DNA from: Desulforapulum autotrophicum
Lineage (GTDB): Bacteria > Desulfobacterota > Desulfobacteria > Desulfobacterales > Desulfolunaceae
Direction: 5' to 3'
Assembly: GCA_020723285.1 (NCBI GenBank)
Contig: DYJE01000019.1
Span: forward strand, 15,074-79,073
DNA: 64,000 nt
Shown here: positions 31,048 to 40,370 of the stretch, piece by piece
Position numbering within the stretch: position 1 is the first letter of the stretch
How the letters are laid out: each line of letters starts with the position of its first letter
Notes under the pieces: model-generated
Databases searched by the model: none
What the model was told of the DNA's origin: nothing
The model's input: the letters and a program-made list of their open reading frames with translations, nothing else
Translations under genes and position numbers: made by a program

Positions 31048-31935
31048 ATGTACGACATGGACGCAGATAACATGATGCACACCCTTACATCGTTCAAGGA
31101 TCTTCCCACCCTTCCGGTCATCGCCCTCGAAATCAACAGACTGCTGGCCAGCGACACGACAAGCGTAAACAACCTGAGCCGGATCATCGCAAAAGATCAG
31201 GCCATTGTATCGAAACTTCTCAAACTGGTGAACTCGTCGTTTTTCGGAGTGAGGTCCAAGGTTTCATCGGTAGAGGAAGCGGTGGTCCGGCTTGGATTCA
31301 ACTCCGTGAGGAACGTGGTGGTGTCCGTCAGCATTTTCGAATCCCTGACCCTTGCCCACCCCGAAGACCTGGGTTTCAGCCTGGTGGAATTCTGGGAGCA
31401 TTCCATCGCTGTGGCCGTCACCAGCCGGTATCTTTCAGAAAAAACAGGTTTACAAGACCCCGACGACTGTTTCGTGGCAGGCCTTCTCCATGATATCGGC
31501 CTCATCGTCATTGCCCGGTGTTTTCCTGAAAGCCTGGTGAATATCCTGCGAAAAATCAAAGAGCGGAACGTTTCCCTGTATGACATTGAAAAAGAAGTTC
31601 TCCCCATCCGCCACAACAAAATCGGCGAAATTCTTGCCAAAAAATGGCAGCTGCCTTCTTCGGTCTGCGACGCCCTGAAATATCACCACGCGCCCAACCG
31701 AAGTGCTGCAAACCCCGAGCTGCTCACGCTGATCCATCTTGGCGATGTGATCACCCGGCGCTTTTTCATCACAACCATCAATCCTGAAACGAACAGCGCA
31801 TCCCCTGTTCTATCAAGCATCGGCGCATCCGCGGAAAAAAAACTGGATCTGATGTATCAAAATGTGAATCTCTGGTTTCCCGGTGTGCGGGAAACCATCC
31901 GGGAGGCCTGCGAATTCTTCATCAGACACGAATGA
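31048..31935 (+). CDS. HDOD-domain signalling protein
   Basis: LPTLPVIALEI...DQAIVSKLLKLVNSSFFG...AGLLHDIG is typical of HDOD. The ATG at 31048 follows AGAGAGG. Confidence 0.8.
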   Translation: MYDMDADNMMHTLTSFKDLPTLPVIALEINRLLASDTTSVNNLSRIIAKDQAIVSKLLKLVNSSFFGVRSKVSSVEEAVVRLGFNSVRNVVVSVSIFESLTLAHPEDLGFSLVEFWEHSIAVAVTSRYLSEKTGLQDPDDCFVAGLLHDIGLIVIARCFPESLVNILRKIKERNVSLYDIEKEVLPIRHNKIGEILAKKWQLPSSVCDALKYHHAPNRSAANPELLTLIHLGDVITRRFFITTINPETNSASPVLSSIGASAEKKLDLMYQNVNLWFPGVRETIREACEFFIRHE

Positions 31936-32003
31936 CGAAATACTTGAAAAGAATGGTGAATGCCCACGAAAACAGCGTCCGTCATCGCAGGCATGACCGT
32001 CCT

Positions 32004-32102
32004 TTACGGGGTCAGTTTTTCAATCCTCACCGCACAGGCCTTGAATTCCGGGGTCATGGTGTAGGGGTCCACCGCCGGATGGGTCAGCCAGTTGGCGTTA
32101 CC
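32004..32102 (-). pseudogene. fdhA: Displaced 3' end (last 32 codons) of the fdhA gene at 48240-50864
   Basis: The minus strand reads GNANWLTHPAVDPYTMTPEFKACAVRIEKLTP-stop, the canonical C-terminus of molybdopterin oxidoreductases. An in-frame TAG and AT-rich DNA lie immediately upstream. It joins onto ...MAFHFREGN of the truncated fdhA. Confidence 0.8.
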
Positions 32103-32426
32103 TATATTTTACACTTCCAAACACTTAATGTGGCCCATTACATCAAGGAGCGTATCAATGGAATTATTTCAATGTACCTGTTAATGAAGAAGGAGAAAAA
32201 TTTTTAAAGTCAATAACCAACATTGGCTGATGAGTTCAAAATCAATAATTATAAGTTATTTATCACCCCTGATTGTAATTTATACTTTATATTATACTGA
32301 AACTACAATATAATTGTATGGTTGCTAATGGTTATAGCAACGACAAACTTCTTCTGCGTTTCGCTTGATAGGTTCAGCAAAAAAAATAACCGCATTTGTG
32401 ATATTTTTAATTAATTTTTACGTTTT

Positions 32427-32440
32427 TTGATTTACGTCAA
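32427..32440 (+). promoter_or_regulatory. CRP/FNR-family (HcpR-like) box TTGATTTACGTCAA upstream of hcp
   Basis: TTGAT-N4-GTCAA palindrome, followed after exactly 22 nt by TATGTA (32463-32468), which is class-II geometry. Confidence 0.6.
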
Positions 32441-32580
32441 AGTATTTATTTGACCGGGTTTATATGTATAAAATTAAAATTTTTGATAAACTCGTTTCCG
32501 ATTTAGATATTGATGTAAATTTATCCAACACCAAAGCAGAAGATAACGGCATTCAACCCTATTAAACAAGGAGGCACGAC

Positions 32581-34242
32581 ATGTTTTGTTTTCAATGTCA
32601 GGAAACCATGAAAAACACCGGTTGCACATCTAAAGGTATGTGTGGAAAACCGGAAGAAACCGCCAATCTTCAGGATCTGCTGATTTTTGTCATGAAAGGC
32701 ATCGCGGTTTATTCCGAGAAATTGAACGAACTGGGGGCAGCAGATCGCAGCAACGACTTGTTCGTTGCCCAGGGCCTGTTTGCCACCATCACCAACGCCA
32801 ACTGGGCTGACGCACGGTTCGTCGAACTGATCGAAGAGGGTTTGAATCGCCGGGACAAGGCCAGAGCCGATTTTTTCGCGGCGCATAAAGCCAAAAACGG
32901 CAAGGATTTTGACGGGGCGCTTCCGGAAGCGGCCGTCTGGACCGGGGATGCGGCGGCGTTCGCGGAAAAGGCGAAACAGGTGGGAATCCTGGCCACGGAA
33001 AACGACGATGTGCGTTCATTACGTGAACTTTTAACCATCGGACTCAAAGGCGTTGCCGCTTATGCGGAACATGCCGCTGTTCTGGGTTATCAGAAACCGG
33101 AAATCAATGATTTCATCATGCAGGCACTGGCATCCACCACCAAAGACCTCTCCGTGGATGACATGATTTCCCTGGTGATGAAATGCGGCGAAACAGCCGT
33201 AACCACCATGGCTCTGCTGGATGAGGCAAACACCAGCACCTACGGCCATCCCGAAATCACCGAGGTCAACATCGGGGTGAGAAAAAACCCGGGCATCCTG
33301 ATCTCCGGCCATGATCTCAAGGATATGGACGAGCTGCTCCGGCAGACCCAAGGGACGGGTGTGGACGTGTACACCCACGGAGAAATGCTTCCGGCCAACT
33401 ATTATCCGGCGTTCAAAGCATACGATCATTTTGTGGGCAATTACGGAGGGTCTTGGTGGCATCAGAACGAGGAATTTGAATCGTTCAACGGGCCGATTCT
33501 CCTGACCACCAACTGTCTTATTCCCTTGAAAAAAACAAACACCTATCTGGACCGTCTGTATACCACCGGTATTGTGGGTTACGACGGAGCCGCCCATGTG
33601 GCTGACCGCCCGGCCGGAGGGACCAAAGATTTTTCAGCTCTGATCAGCAAAGCCAAAAGCTGTGCAGCTCCCACAGAGCTTGAAACAGGAAGCATCACCG
33701 GCGGTTTTGCCCACAACCAGGTGCTGGCCCTGGCCGACAAGGTGGTTGACGCGGTCAAATCCGGTGCCATCAAACGATTCGTGGTTATGGCCGGATGTGA
33801 CGGACGACACAAAACCCGGAGTTATTTTACGGAAGTCGCGGAAAACCTTCCCAAAGACACAGTGATCCTCACCGCAGGCTGCGCCAAATACCGTTACAAC
33901 AAACTGGCCCTGGGTGACATTGGCGGAATTCCCCGTGTTCTGGATGCCGGGCAGTGCAACGACAGCTATTCCCTGGCCGTGATCGCCCTGAAACTCAAGG
34001 AAGTGTTCGGTCTCGCCGACATCAACGAACTGCCGATTTCCTTTGATATTGCCTGGTACGAACAGAAAGCCGTGGCGGTCCTTCTGGCCCTTCTGTTTCT
34101 CGGGGTGAAAGGCATCCGGCTGGGTCCCACACTTCCGGCTTTCCTGTCTCCCACGGTGGCTGGTGTTCTTGTGGAAAAGTTCAACATCAAACCCATCGGA
34201 ACCGTGGAAGAAGATATCGCGGCCATGATGGCGGGAAAATAA
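32581..34242 (+). CDS. hcp: Hybrid-cluster protein (hydroxylamine reductase)
   Basis: N-terminal MFCFQCQET...GCT..GMCGK cluster motif, 553 aa, strong RBS AAGGAGG. Confidence 0.95.
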   Translation: MFCFQCQETMKNTGCTSKGMCGKPEETANLQDLLIFVMKGIAVYSEKLNELGAADRSNDLFVAQGLFATITNANWADARFVELIEEGLNRRDKARADFFAAHKAKNGKDFDGALPEAAVWTGDAAAFAEKAKQVGILATENDDVRSLRELLTIGLKGVAAYAEHAAVLGYQKPEINDFIMQALASTTKDLSVDDMISLVMKCGETAVTTMALLDEANTSTYGHPEITEVNIGVRKNPGILISGHDLKDMDELLRQTQGTGVDVYTHGEMLPANYYPAFKAYDHFVGNYGGSWWHQNEEFESFNGPILLTTNCLIPLKKTNTYLDRLYTTGIVGYDGAAHVADRPAGGTKDFSALISKAKSCAAPTELETGSITGGFAHNQVLALADKVVDAVKSGAIKRFVVMAGCDGRHKTRSYFTEVAENLPKDTVILTAGCAKYRYNKLALGDIGGIPRVLDAGQCNDSYSLAVIALKLKEVFGLADINELPISFDIAWYEQKAVAVLLALLFLGVKGIRLGPTLPAFLSPTVAGVLVEKFNIKPIGTVEEDIAAMMAGK

Positions 34243-34266
34243 CCCAAACATATTGAAATAAAATAG

Positions 34267-34306
34267 TCCGCAGGTGAAACCAGGATTATGACCCTTCACC
34301 TGCGGA
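34267..34306 (+). terminator. 12-bp-stem hairpin after hcp
   Basis: TCCGCAGGTGAA ... TTCACCTGCGGA. No clear T-tract follows. Confidence 0.4.
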
Positions 34307-34456
34307 TCACACAGTGAAAAAAGTTTGTTTAGCCAACACGTGGCGAAAACATCACCCTCCGGATCAACCGACCCGCTCTTCCTGAGTTTTTTTACGGTCA
34401 TCGATGACCCTTAAAACGATCTATAAAAACGCCACATTTTCAAGGAGGTATTTGCC

Positions 34457-36697
34457 ATGGCAAATCCACGTTTCAGGGCTTTTTTTCTTTTTGTCCTCGT
34501 TCTGACCTTCGGGGTCTTGATTTTCGGAGGTTATCTGATCAACAAGGAAAAACCCCCCATTCCCCAAACGGTGGTATCGTCTGACGGCACGGTGCTGTTT
34601 ACAGGCGAAGACATCATCAACGGACAGAACTATTATTTCAGCCGGGGCGGTCAGCATATCGGGACCATCTGGGGCCACGGTTCCTATCTGGCTCCTGACT
34701 GGTCCGCGGACTTTCTCCACCGGATGGGAATTTTTCTGGCGGGTCGTTATCACGGTCTATCACCTGAACAGGCCGGAACATTTTCCCAGTCTGATTTTGA
34801 AGCCCTTGATCCGGTTGAACAGGCGCGGCTCAAGGCTCAGGTGATATCCGAAATCAAGACCAATCGTTATGACGGGCAAAAAGAGGTCCTGACCTTCACG
34901 CCGTTTCAGGCGGAAGCCATGAATGCGCTGACAGCTTACTACACAGCGCTGTTCCGTGAAGGAAACGAGCGAATGGGCCTGCAACCGGGCATCGTCCGCA
35001 GCGATGAAGAGGGACGGCGCGTGTCTTCTTTCTTTGCCTGGCTGGCCTGGGCCGCCGGAACCCTCAGACAAGGGACGGACCATACCTATACCACCAACTG
35101 GCCCTATGATCCCCTGGTGGGCAACGAACCCCTTCCGGACTTCGTAATCTGGTCCATCGTGAGCGTTGTCCTTTTGATTCTAGGCATTGCGGCTTCGCTT
35201 TTCGTCTATGTCCGTTACATCGGAAGGGACGATGAAAAAACCGTCCTGGTCAGGGATTTTCCTGAACCCACACCCACACCCAGCCAGAAAGCCACCCTTT
35301 TCTACTTTATCACCGCCATCGCCCTTTTCCTTCTTCAGATCGGACTGGGTGCCGCAACTGCCCATTACACAGTGGAAGGCACCCATTTTTACGGGATTCC
35401 CCTTGGCGGTATTCTGCCCTATGCGGCGGTAAGGACCTGGCATCTGCAACTGGGGCTTTTCTTCATCGCCACCTGTTTTCTGGCCGCAGGCCTTTTTATC
35501 GGGCCGTTTGTAGGCAAAGAGCCCAAGGGGCAGGGAACCTGGGTGGTGATCCTTTTTGCCGCCGTTGTCGTGGTGGTTTTGGGGACTCTGGGCGGGACCT
35601 GGTTGTCGGTTACCGGATCATTCGGAGACCAGGGATTTTATCTTGGTCATCAAGGTTATGAATTCATCGAATTGGGGAGGGTCTGGCAGTTGCTCCTCAT
35701 CGTGGGCATGATCATCTGGCTGATTCTGGTGTTCAGGGCCATCCGACCGGCCATTGCCGGGGAAGCGGACAGCGGCGGGCTCACACACATGCTGCTTTAC
35801 AGTTCCGTCACTATCCCGCTTTTCTACATGGCCGGATTATTGTACGGCAAAGGGAGTCACCTGTCAGATGCGGAATACTGGCGCTGGTGGGTGGTTCATC
35901 TGTGGGTGGAAGGTTTTTTTGAAGTGTTCGCCACCGTAATCATGGCGTTCCTCCTGTCCCACATCGGAGCGGTCAGTAAAAAATTCGCACTGACCACCAT
36001 TTATTTTACTGTGTTCCTTTATCTTGGAAGCGGCGTTCTCGGCACGTTCCATCATCTTTACTGGACCGGCGCACCCACAGCCATCATCGCCCTGGGCGCG
36101 GTGTTTTCCGCTCTCGAAGTGGTCCCGCTTTCCCTTCTGGGGTTCGAGGCTGCCCACAACCTTCGGGTGATCCAAGAGGGTGGGAAAGGCTACGCTTATA
36201 AATGGCCCATCTACTTTTTTGTGTCCGTGTCGTTCTGGAACCTTTTGGGGGCCGGGGTTTTCGGTTTTCTCATCAACCCGCCCGTGGTTCTGTACTATGC
36301 CCAGGGCATCAACACCACGCCCATCCATTCCCATGCCGCCCTGTTCGGAGTATACGGTCTTTTGGCCATTTCCCTGCTTCTTTTTTCCGTCCGCCATATC
36401 GTAACCAGGGCCTCCTGGTCGGACACACTTCTCAAATGGAGTTTCTGGGGCTTGAACGGCGGACTGGCCTGTATGCTGGTTTTCAGTCTGATTCCATCAG
36501 GATTCTATCAGCTTTATTACGCCGTCAAATACGGCCTGTGGTTTGCTCGCAGTCCTGAAATCGCTTCAGGCCCGGTGATCCGGACCTTAAGCTGGTGCCG
36601 CATGGTTCCGGACATGATTTTTGCTGCGGGGGCATTTTTGCTTTTCGCGTTTCTTGCCCGGGCTGTCTGGTTTAGTTTTTTCAGAAAACAGATATGA
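34457..36697 (+). CDS. norZ: Quinol-dependent nitric-oxide reductase large subunit (qNOR, NorZ/NorB-type)
   Basis: 746 aa with an N-terminal TM plus periplasmic extension, then a 12-TM haem-copper-oxidase core containing HLWVEGFFEVF and HHLYW motifs. Confidence 0.85.
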   Translation: MANPRFRAFFLFVLVLTFGVLIFGGYLINKEKPPIPQTVVSSDGTVLFTGEDIINGQNYYFSRGGQHIGTIWGHGSYLAPDWSADFLHRMGIFLAGRYHGLSPEQAGTFSQSDFEALDPVEQARLKAQVISEIKTNRYDGQKEVLTFTPFQAEAMNALTAYYTALFREGNERMGLQPGIVRSDEEGRRVSSFFAWLAWAAGTLRQGTDHTYTTNWPYDPLVGNEPLPDFVIWSIVSVVLLILGIAASLFVYVRYIGRDDEKTVLVRDFPEPTPTPSQKATLFYFITAIALFLLQIGLGAATAHYTVEGTHFYGIPLGGILPYAAVRTWHLQLGLFFIATCFLAAGLFIGPFVGKEPKGQGTWVVILFAAVVVVVLGTLGGTWLSVTGSFGDQGFYLGHQGYEFIELGRVWQLLLIVGMIIWLILVFRAIRPAIAGEADSGGLTHMLLYSSVTIPLFYMAGLLYGKGSHLSDAEYWRWWVVHLWVEGFFEVFATVIMAFLLSHIGAVSKKFALTTIYFTVFLYLGSGVLGTFHHLYWTGAPTAIIALGAVFSALEVVPLSLLGFEAAHNLRVIQEGGKGYAYKWPIYFFVSVSFWNLLGAGVFGFLINPPVVLYYAQGINTTPIHSHAALFGVYGLLAISLLLFSVRHIVTRASWSDTLLKWSFWGLNGGLACMLVFSLIPSGFYQLYYAVKYGLWFARSPEIASGPVIRTLSWCRMVPDMIFAAGAFLLFAFLARAVWFSFFRKQI

Positions 36698-36736
36698 TCG
36701 AAGAGTTCTAAAGGGTTGGAAGATTGTAATACAAAG

Positions 36737-36769
36737 CCATGGGAGGCCACTTTACAGGACCTTCCATGG
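36737..36769. terminator. Hairpin between convergent norZ and nrfA
   Basis: CCATGGGAGG ... CCTTCCATGG, a 10-bp stem with one G-U pair. Confidence 0.35.
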
Positions 36770-36779
36770 CATGCCGCAA

Positions 36780-38402
36780 CTAATGAGTCTGCGTGTTTAT
36801 GGGTGTTGCGGATTTGGACGCTGTTTCATGACCGTCCGGCACTGATTTGACAGAGGCCTTTCCGATCTTCTTGTTCAGATCCCACATCAAAGGTGTCTTG
36901 GGCGATAGCGGAATATACTTGAACCAGGGATGTGTCGTCATGTGTTTCGGATCCATCTGGAGTTCCCGGCTGTGTTTCAGAATCGGGGGCACCCGGGTTT
37001 TGATATCTTCACTGATGGACTTGGCTATGGTGAACGATGTGGCTTTAACCGCCGTGTCCACGGCATTCTGGCTGAAACGCTGCGATGAGGCCAGGGTATC
37101 AAGTGCTTTTGAGGGATTGTGGAACCCCACACTGTTTTCAGCGGATACAAGATCCCAGAAAAATTGGCCTTTACGGCACCATTTTCTCGCATTTGTCATC
37201 AACTCGTTGTAATTATCAGGCCTTGGTCCTTTGTATTCTGATGCCATGCGAATGGCTTCATGGGCTTTGACAGAAATCTCCTGGGCCGCCAGAAGTTGAT
37301 TCCATACCTTGTTCTGGGTATAGAGTACACGTTGTTTCAAAAATTCAGGGGTTTTGTCCGTATGACACTGACGGCATGCGTTCATTTCAGGATCTTTCAA
37401 TGGAGACGTCCAGTGGTGATTGGATATTTTCTTTTTTCCGTCAAGGCGTGTGTAGCTCATATGACAATCGGCGCAGGTTACACCTGCTGAGCCATGAACA
37501 CCGTTAGACCACGTTTCGTATTCCGGGTGCTGGGCTTTCAGCATGGGAGTCTGTGACACCGGATGTACCCAATCGACGAAGTACCCTTCAAATCCCGGTG
37601 TTTTATTGTCTCCCTTATCAGAATAGTAGTTATACATGTCTTCAGGGTCCATTCCGTCTTTCCACGGGAACACAACCTTTTTGTACGGTCCGAAACTCTT
37701 GTCCTGAAAATAGTATTCCACATGGCACTGACCACAAACCAAGGCCCGTTGTTCATTTCTTGGGAGTTTTTCAAATTCCTTGTTCTGGCTTTTCAAATAA
37801 TCCTTCAACGGCACACTGTACAGATTAAGGGCCATGGTCTTTGGATCATGACAGTTGGCGCAACCGATGGTGTCGTCGTCCAGATCGACTTTTTCCCGGA
37901 ACTGATTGAAATCTTTCGCCCAGAAATCATCGCCCTCTTCTTTGAGAAAAGTGTTCATTTTGGCGGTCTTGCAGTTCATGCACGTAGCCGGAAGGCCCGC
38001 TTTTTCGCTATATCTATTGACCCGGTCAATGCTTAAAATATCTTTCATGGCATGGGTGTGGCCTCGCGCTTCACGGTATTCATAACTGAACGGATACCCA
38101 AGCCAGAGGTTTTTTAAATAAGGCTGAGCGTGTTTATACCCTTCGGGGAGAGGATTGACATTGTCATGTTTGTTGTATGGAACCGAACCCTTATACTCGG
38201 TCATGATCTCTGATTCGTTATTCCTTAGATACGTTTCATACTGAAAAGGGAAAAGGGCCTGAAAGGCTGAATTTCTGATTTCATCTGTATTCAAATTGGT
38301 GCTGTAGGTTGGGGGAATGGGTTCATTGGCTTTTGAACAACCTCCCAGGGTCGCCATCAGCAAAACACATAAGAACAAAACGATCATTCGAAGATTACAC
38401 AT
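36780..38402 (-). CDS. nrfA: Pentahaem cytochrome c nitrite reductase NrfA
   Basis: CMNCK (the Lys-ligated catalytic haem signature) plus CANCH, CGQCH, CADCH and CRQCH. Lipobox-like LGGCS. The start at 38402 or 38387 is ambiguous, and the track ORF extends to 38450. Confidence 0.9.
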   Translation of the reverse strand: MCNLRMIVLFLCVLLMATLGGCSKANEPIPPTYSTNLNTDEIRNSAFQALFPFQYETYLRNNESEIMTEYKGSVPYNKHDNVNPLPEGYKHAQPYLKNLWLGYPFSYEYREARGHTHAMKDILSIDRVNRYSEKAGLPATCMNCKTAKMNTFLKEEGDDFWAKDFNQFREKVDLDDDTIGCANCHDPKTMALNLYSVPLKDYLKSQNKEFEKLPRNEQRALVCGQCHVEYYFQDKSFGPYKKVVFPWKDGMDPEDMYNYYSDKGDNKTPGFEGYFVDWVHPVSQTPMLKAQHPEYETWSNGVHGSAGVTCADCHMSYTRLDGKKKISNHHWTSPLKDPEMNACRQCHTDKTPEFLKQRVLYTQNKVWNQLLAAQEISVKAHEAIRMASEYKGPRPDNYNELMTNARKWCRKGQFFWDLVSAENSVGFHNPSKALDTLASSQRFSQNAVDTAVKATSFTIAKSISEDIKTRVPPILKHSRELQMDPKHMTTHPWFKYIPLSPKTPLMWDLNKKIGKASVKSVPDGHETASKSATPINTQTH

Positions 38403-38874
38403 CAGCAGCGCTCCTTTTCGCAATGGGGATTTTAGGACTGTGTGGAACATGACGGTGGCAATCCGTACAATGTGCTTTAGACTGCATATTCACTTCTTTG
38501 ACCACGGTGGAATGGCACCGGAGGCAGTTTTCCTGAACAACCTCCATCGTGTTTTTTCCGGGATGAATGTAATCGGGAACCTGTTTTGTGGCTGTCACAA
38601 ACATGTCCCTTGCACCTTCTTTGGTTTTAAAAGGGATTTTCCGGATTATATCATGTGGCGCATGACATTCGTTGCAGGCCTGTTTACTGTGAACAGATTT
38701 GCTGTGGGACAATGCGGCTTCCGCCATGGAGTGGCATCCGCCGCAGAATGCCGCCTGGTCCGTTGCTGTCATGGCGCGGGCTGAACACAAGGTGATCACA
38801 GCACCTGCCGCAAACGGCAACAGAATCAAAAGCCAGGCCTTTTCTCCCTTCATTTTCTTCCATGATAATGCCAT
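38395..38874 (-). CDS. nrfH: NapC/NirT-family tetrahaem quinol dehydrogenase NrfH
   Basis: One TM helix and four CXXCH motifs (CGGCH, CNECH, CLRCH, CTDCH). The ATG at 38874 is preceded by AGGAGG. Confidence 0.9.
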   Translation of the reverse strand: MALSWKKMKGEKAWLLILLPFAAGAVITLCSARAMTATDQAAFCGGCHSMAEAALSHSKSVHSKQACNECHAPHDIIRKIPFKTKEGARDMFVTATKQVPDYIHPGKNTMEVVQENCLRCHSTVVKEVNMQSKAHCTDCHRHVPHSPKIPIAKRSAADV

Positions 38875-38959
38875 GGAGCCTCCTTTGTTTTGTTTGAAAC
38901 AATCAGGATTCCTACGAAATACAACCAAACAACCACCAACTGCTATAACACCTTGAATC

Positions 38960-39655
38960 TTAGTGCGGGAGCATAAGCCCGCAAAGAACATCGTGCATCA
39001 CCCGGTTGATACGTTCAAACCGTTCAGGCTCTGAAAGTATTTCATGTTCAGCCTGGACAAAATAACTCCCATCCAGATCGGACCCGCAATGGTTTATCAA
39101 AGCCCTTGCCGATTCCATGGTCGTTTCCAGATGAAACTGTAACCCCACAATTCGGTTATCTTTGATAAACCCCTGATGGTCACAGGCCATGCTCGACGCA
39201 AGCGGCGTGGCTCCTTGGGGGATTTCAAACCGGTCTCCATGCCAGTGAAACACATTGAGCTTTTCAGGAAAGCATCCCGCCAGTACCGTATTGGAGATCC
39301 TGGGATCGATGGATAGTGGAAACCATCCAATTTCCCGGTGTTTGTTTTTAGTGACGGATGCGCCCATCACCTCTGCGATCAACTGGGCTCCAAGACAGAT
39401 GCCCAGAATCATTTTCCCGCGAGCAATGGCGTGTTTGATGAAGATTTTTTCATCATGCAAAAAGGGGTATTCTTTTTCGTCGTATACCCCCATGGGGCCA
39501 CCCATGATGATGAGAAAATCAAACGCATCCATATCCGGCAGGCGGTCGCCTCGGTACATATGGCTCGATGTCATCTCATGGTGGCCTGATAAAAAAAATG
39601 GTTCCATACTCCCAAGGTCTTCAAAGGGAACGTGTTGCAGATGATGGACACGCAT
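38960..39655 (-). CDS. Class I glutamine amidotransferase-like protein
   Basis: Nucleophile elbow GICLGAQL and a later FHLE His/Glu region. Confidence 0.7.
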   Translation of the reverse strand: MRVHHLQHVPFEDLGSMEPFFLSGHHEMTSSHMYRGDRLPDMDAFDFLIIMGGPMGVYDEKEYPFLHDEKIFIKHAIARGKMILGICLGAQLIAEVMGASVTKNKHREIGWFPLSIDPRISNTVLAGCFPEKLNVFHWHGDRFEIPQGATPLASSMACDHQGFIKDNRIVGLQFHLETTMESARALINHCGSDLDGSYFVQAEHEILSEPERFERINRVMHDVLCGLMLPH

Positions 39656-39739
39656 ATCGAATTCCTTTCATATGTTTTAATGGTTTGGCTGAATATGTTC
39701 ATGAGTCCACCGAAGCTTTCGTGCCCATGTATATCATAT

Positions 39740-40303
39740 TTACACTTTTTTTCGGTATAAATCAGGGTAAAGTTTCATCGCACACTCGCGACAAAGCCCA
39801 TGGCTAAAATCGGCTTCGGAGTGTTTTTTAATATACCCTTCCATTCGGCTCCAATGCCCCTCTTCATCCTTTATGCGTTTGCATGATGAGCAAATCGATA
39901 ATAGCCCGCTCAAAATTTTGATATCTTCCAGGGCCTTTTCCCTCTGAAGAACTTCTATCTCCCTTTTTTGTTCAATCGTTTTTCTATGAAGTCCTATGGA
40001 GGCCGTTACCCATATTGCCAATAAAGAAATGGCCCTGTTGAAAATGACTTTCCACATGTCTGAGACCTGGGGTTTGTAAAAACACATGCCAATGGTAAAA
40101 AGGGATGAAATTACAGTAACAAAAATTGTAAACTCTTTTCGGGGTGCCCACAGAGAAAACAAGACAGCCACAATATAGAGTACTCCAACAGCAACACCAA
40201 GAGGAATGATGGCATCAAGAGACATAATAAAAATGATATAAAAAAAGCATATAAAATAAATTGAATAGTCGTTAAGGATTTTTTTGAGTCTCTGGACTGG
40301 CAT
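39740..40303 (-). CDS. 4-TM membrane protein with coiled coil and C-terminal CxxC...H...CxxC module
   Basis: Four hydrophobic helices, then ICSSCKRIKDEEGHWSRMEGYIKKHSEADFSHGLCRECAMKLY. Confidence 0.6.
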   Translation of the reverse strand: MPVQRLKKILNDYSIYFICFFYIIFIMSLDAIIPLGVAVGVLYIVAVLFSLWAPRKEFTIFVTVISSLFTIGMCFYKPQVSDMWKVIFNRAISLLAIWVTASIGLHRKTIEQKREIEVLQREKALEDIKILSGLLSICSSCKRIKDEEGHWSRMEGYIKKHSEADFSHGLCRECAMKLYPDLYRKKV

Positions 40304-40370
40304 GGATACCCCACCCTGTTTGAAATTTGATGTTCTTCACACTTTTTCAGATTAAGCACGCGCCACTTTT

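Noticed and set aside
32158-32184. An eight-codon mini-ORF (MELFQCTC) with an AAGGAG RBS in the AT-rich left edge of the insert, considered as a possible leader peptide.
   Set aside because: It is too short and isolated to support. AT-rich DNA yields such mini-ORFs by chance, and no attenuator structure was evident.
38893-38908. An FNR-like half-site (CTGATTGTTTCAAA on the gene strand) upstream of nrfH.
   Set aside because: It matches TTGAT-N4-ATCAA poorly whichever way it is aligned, and it lies only about 20-35 nt from the start codon.
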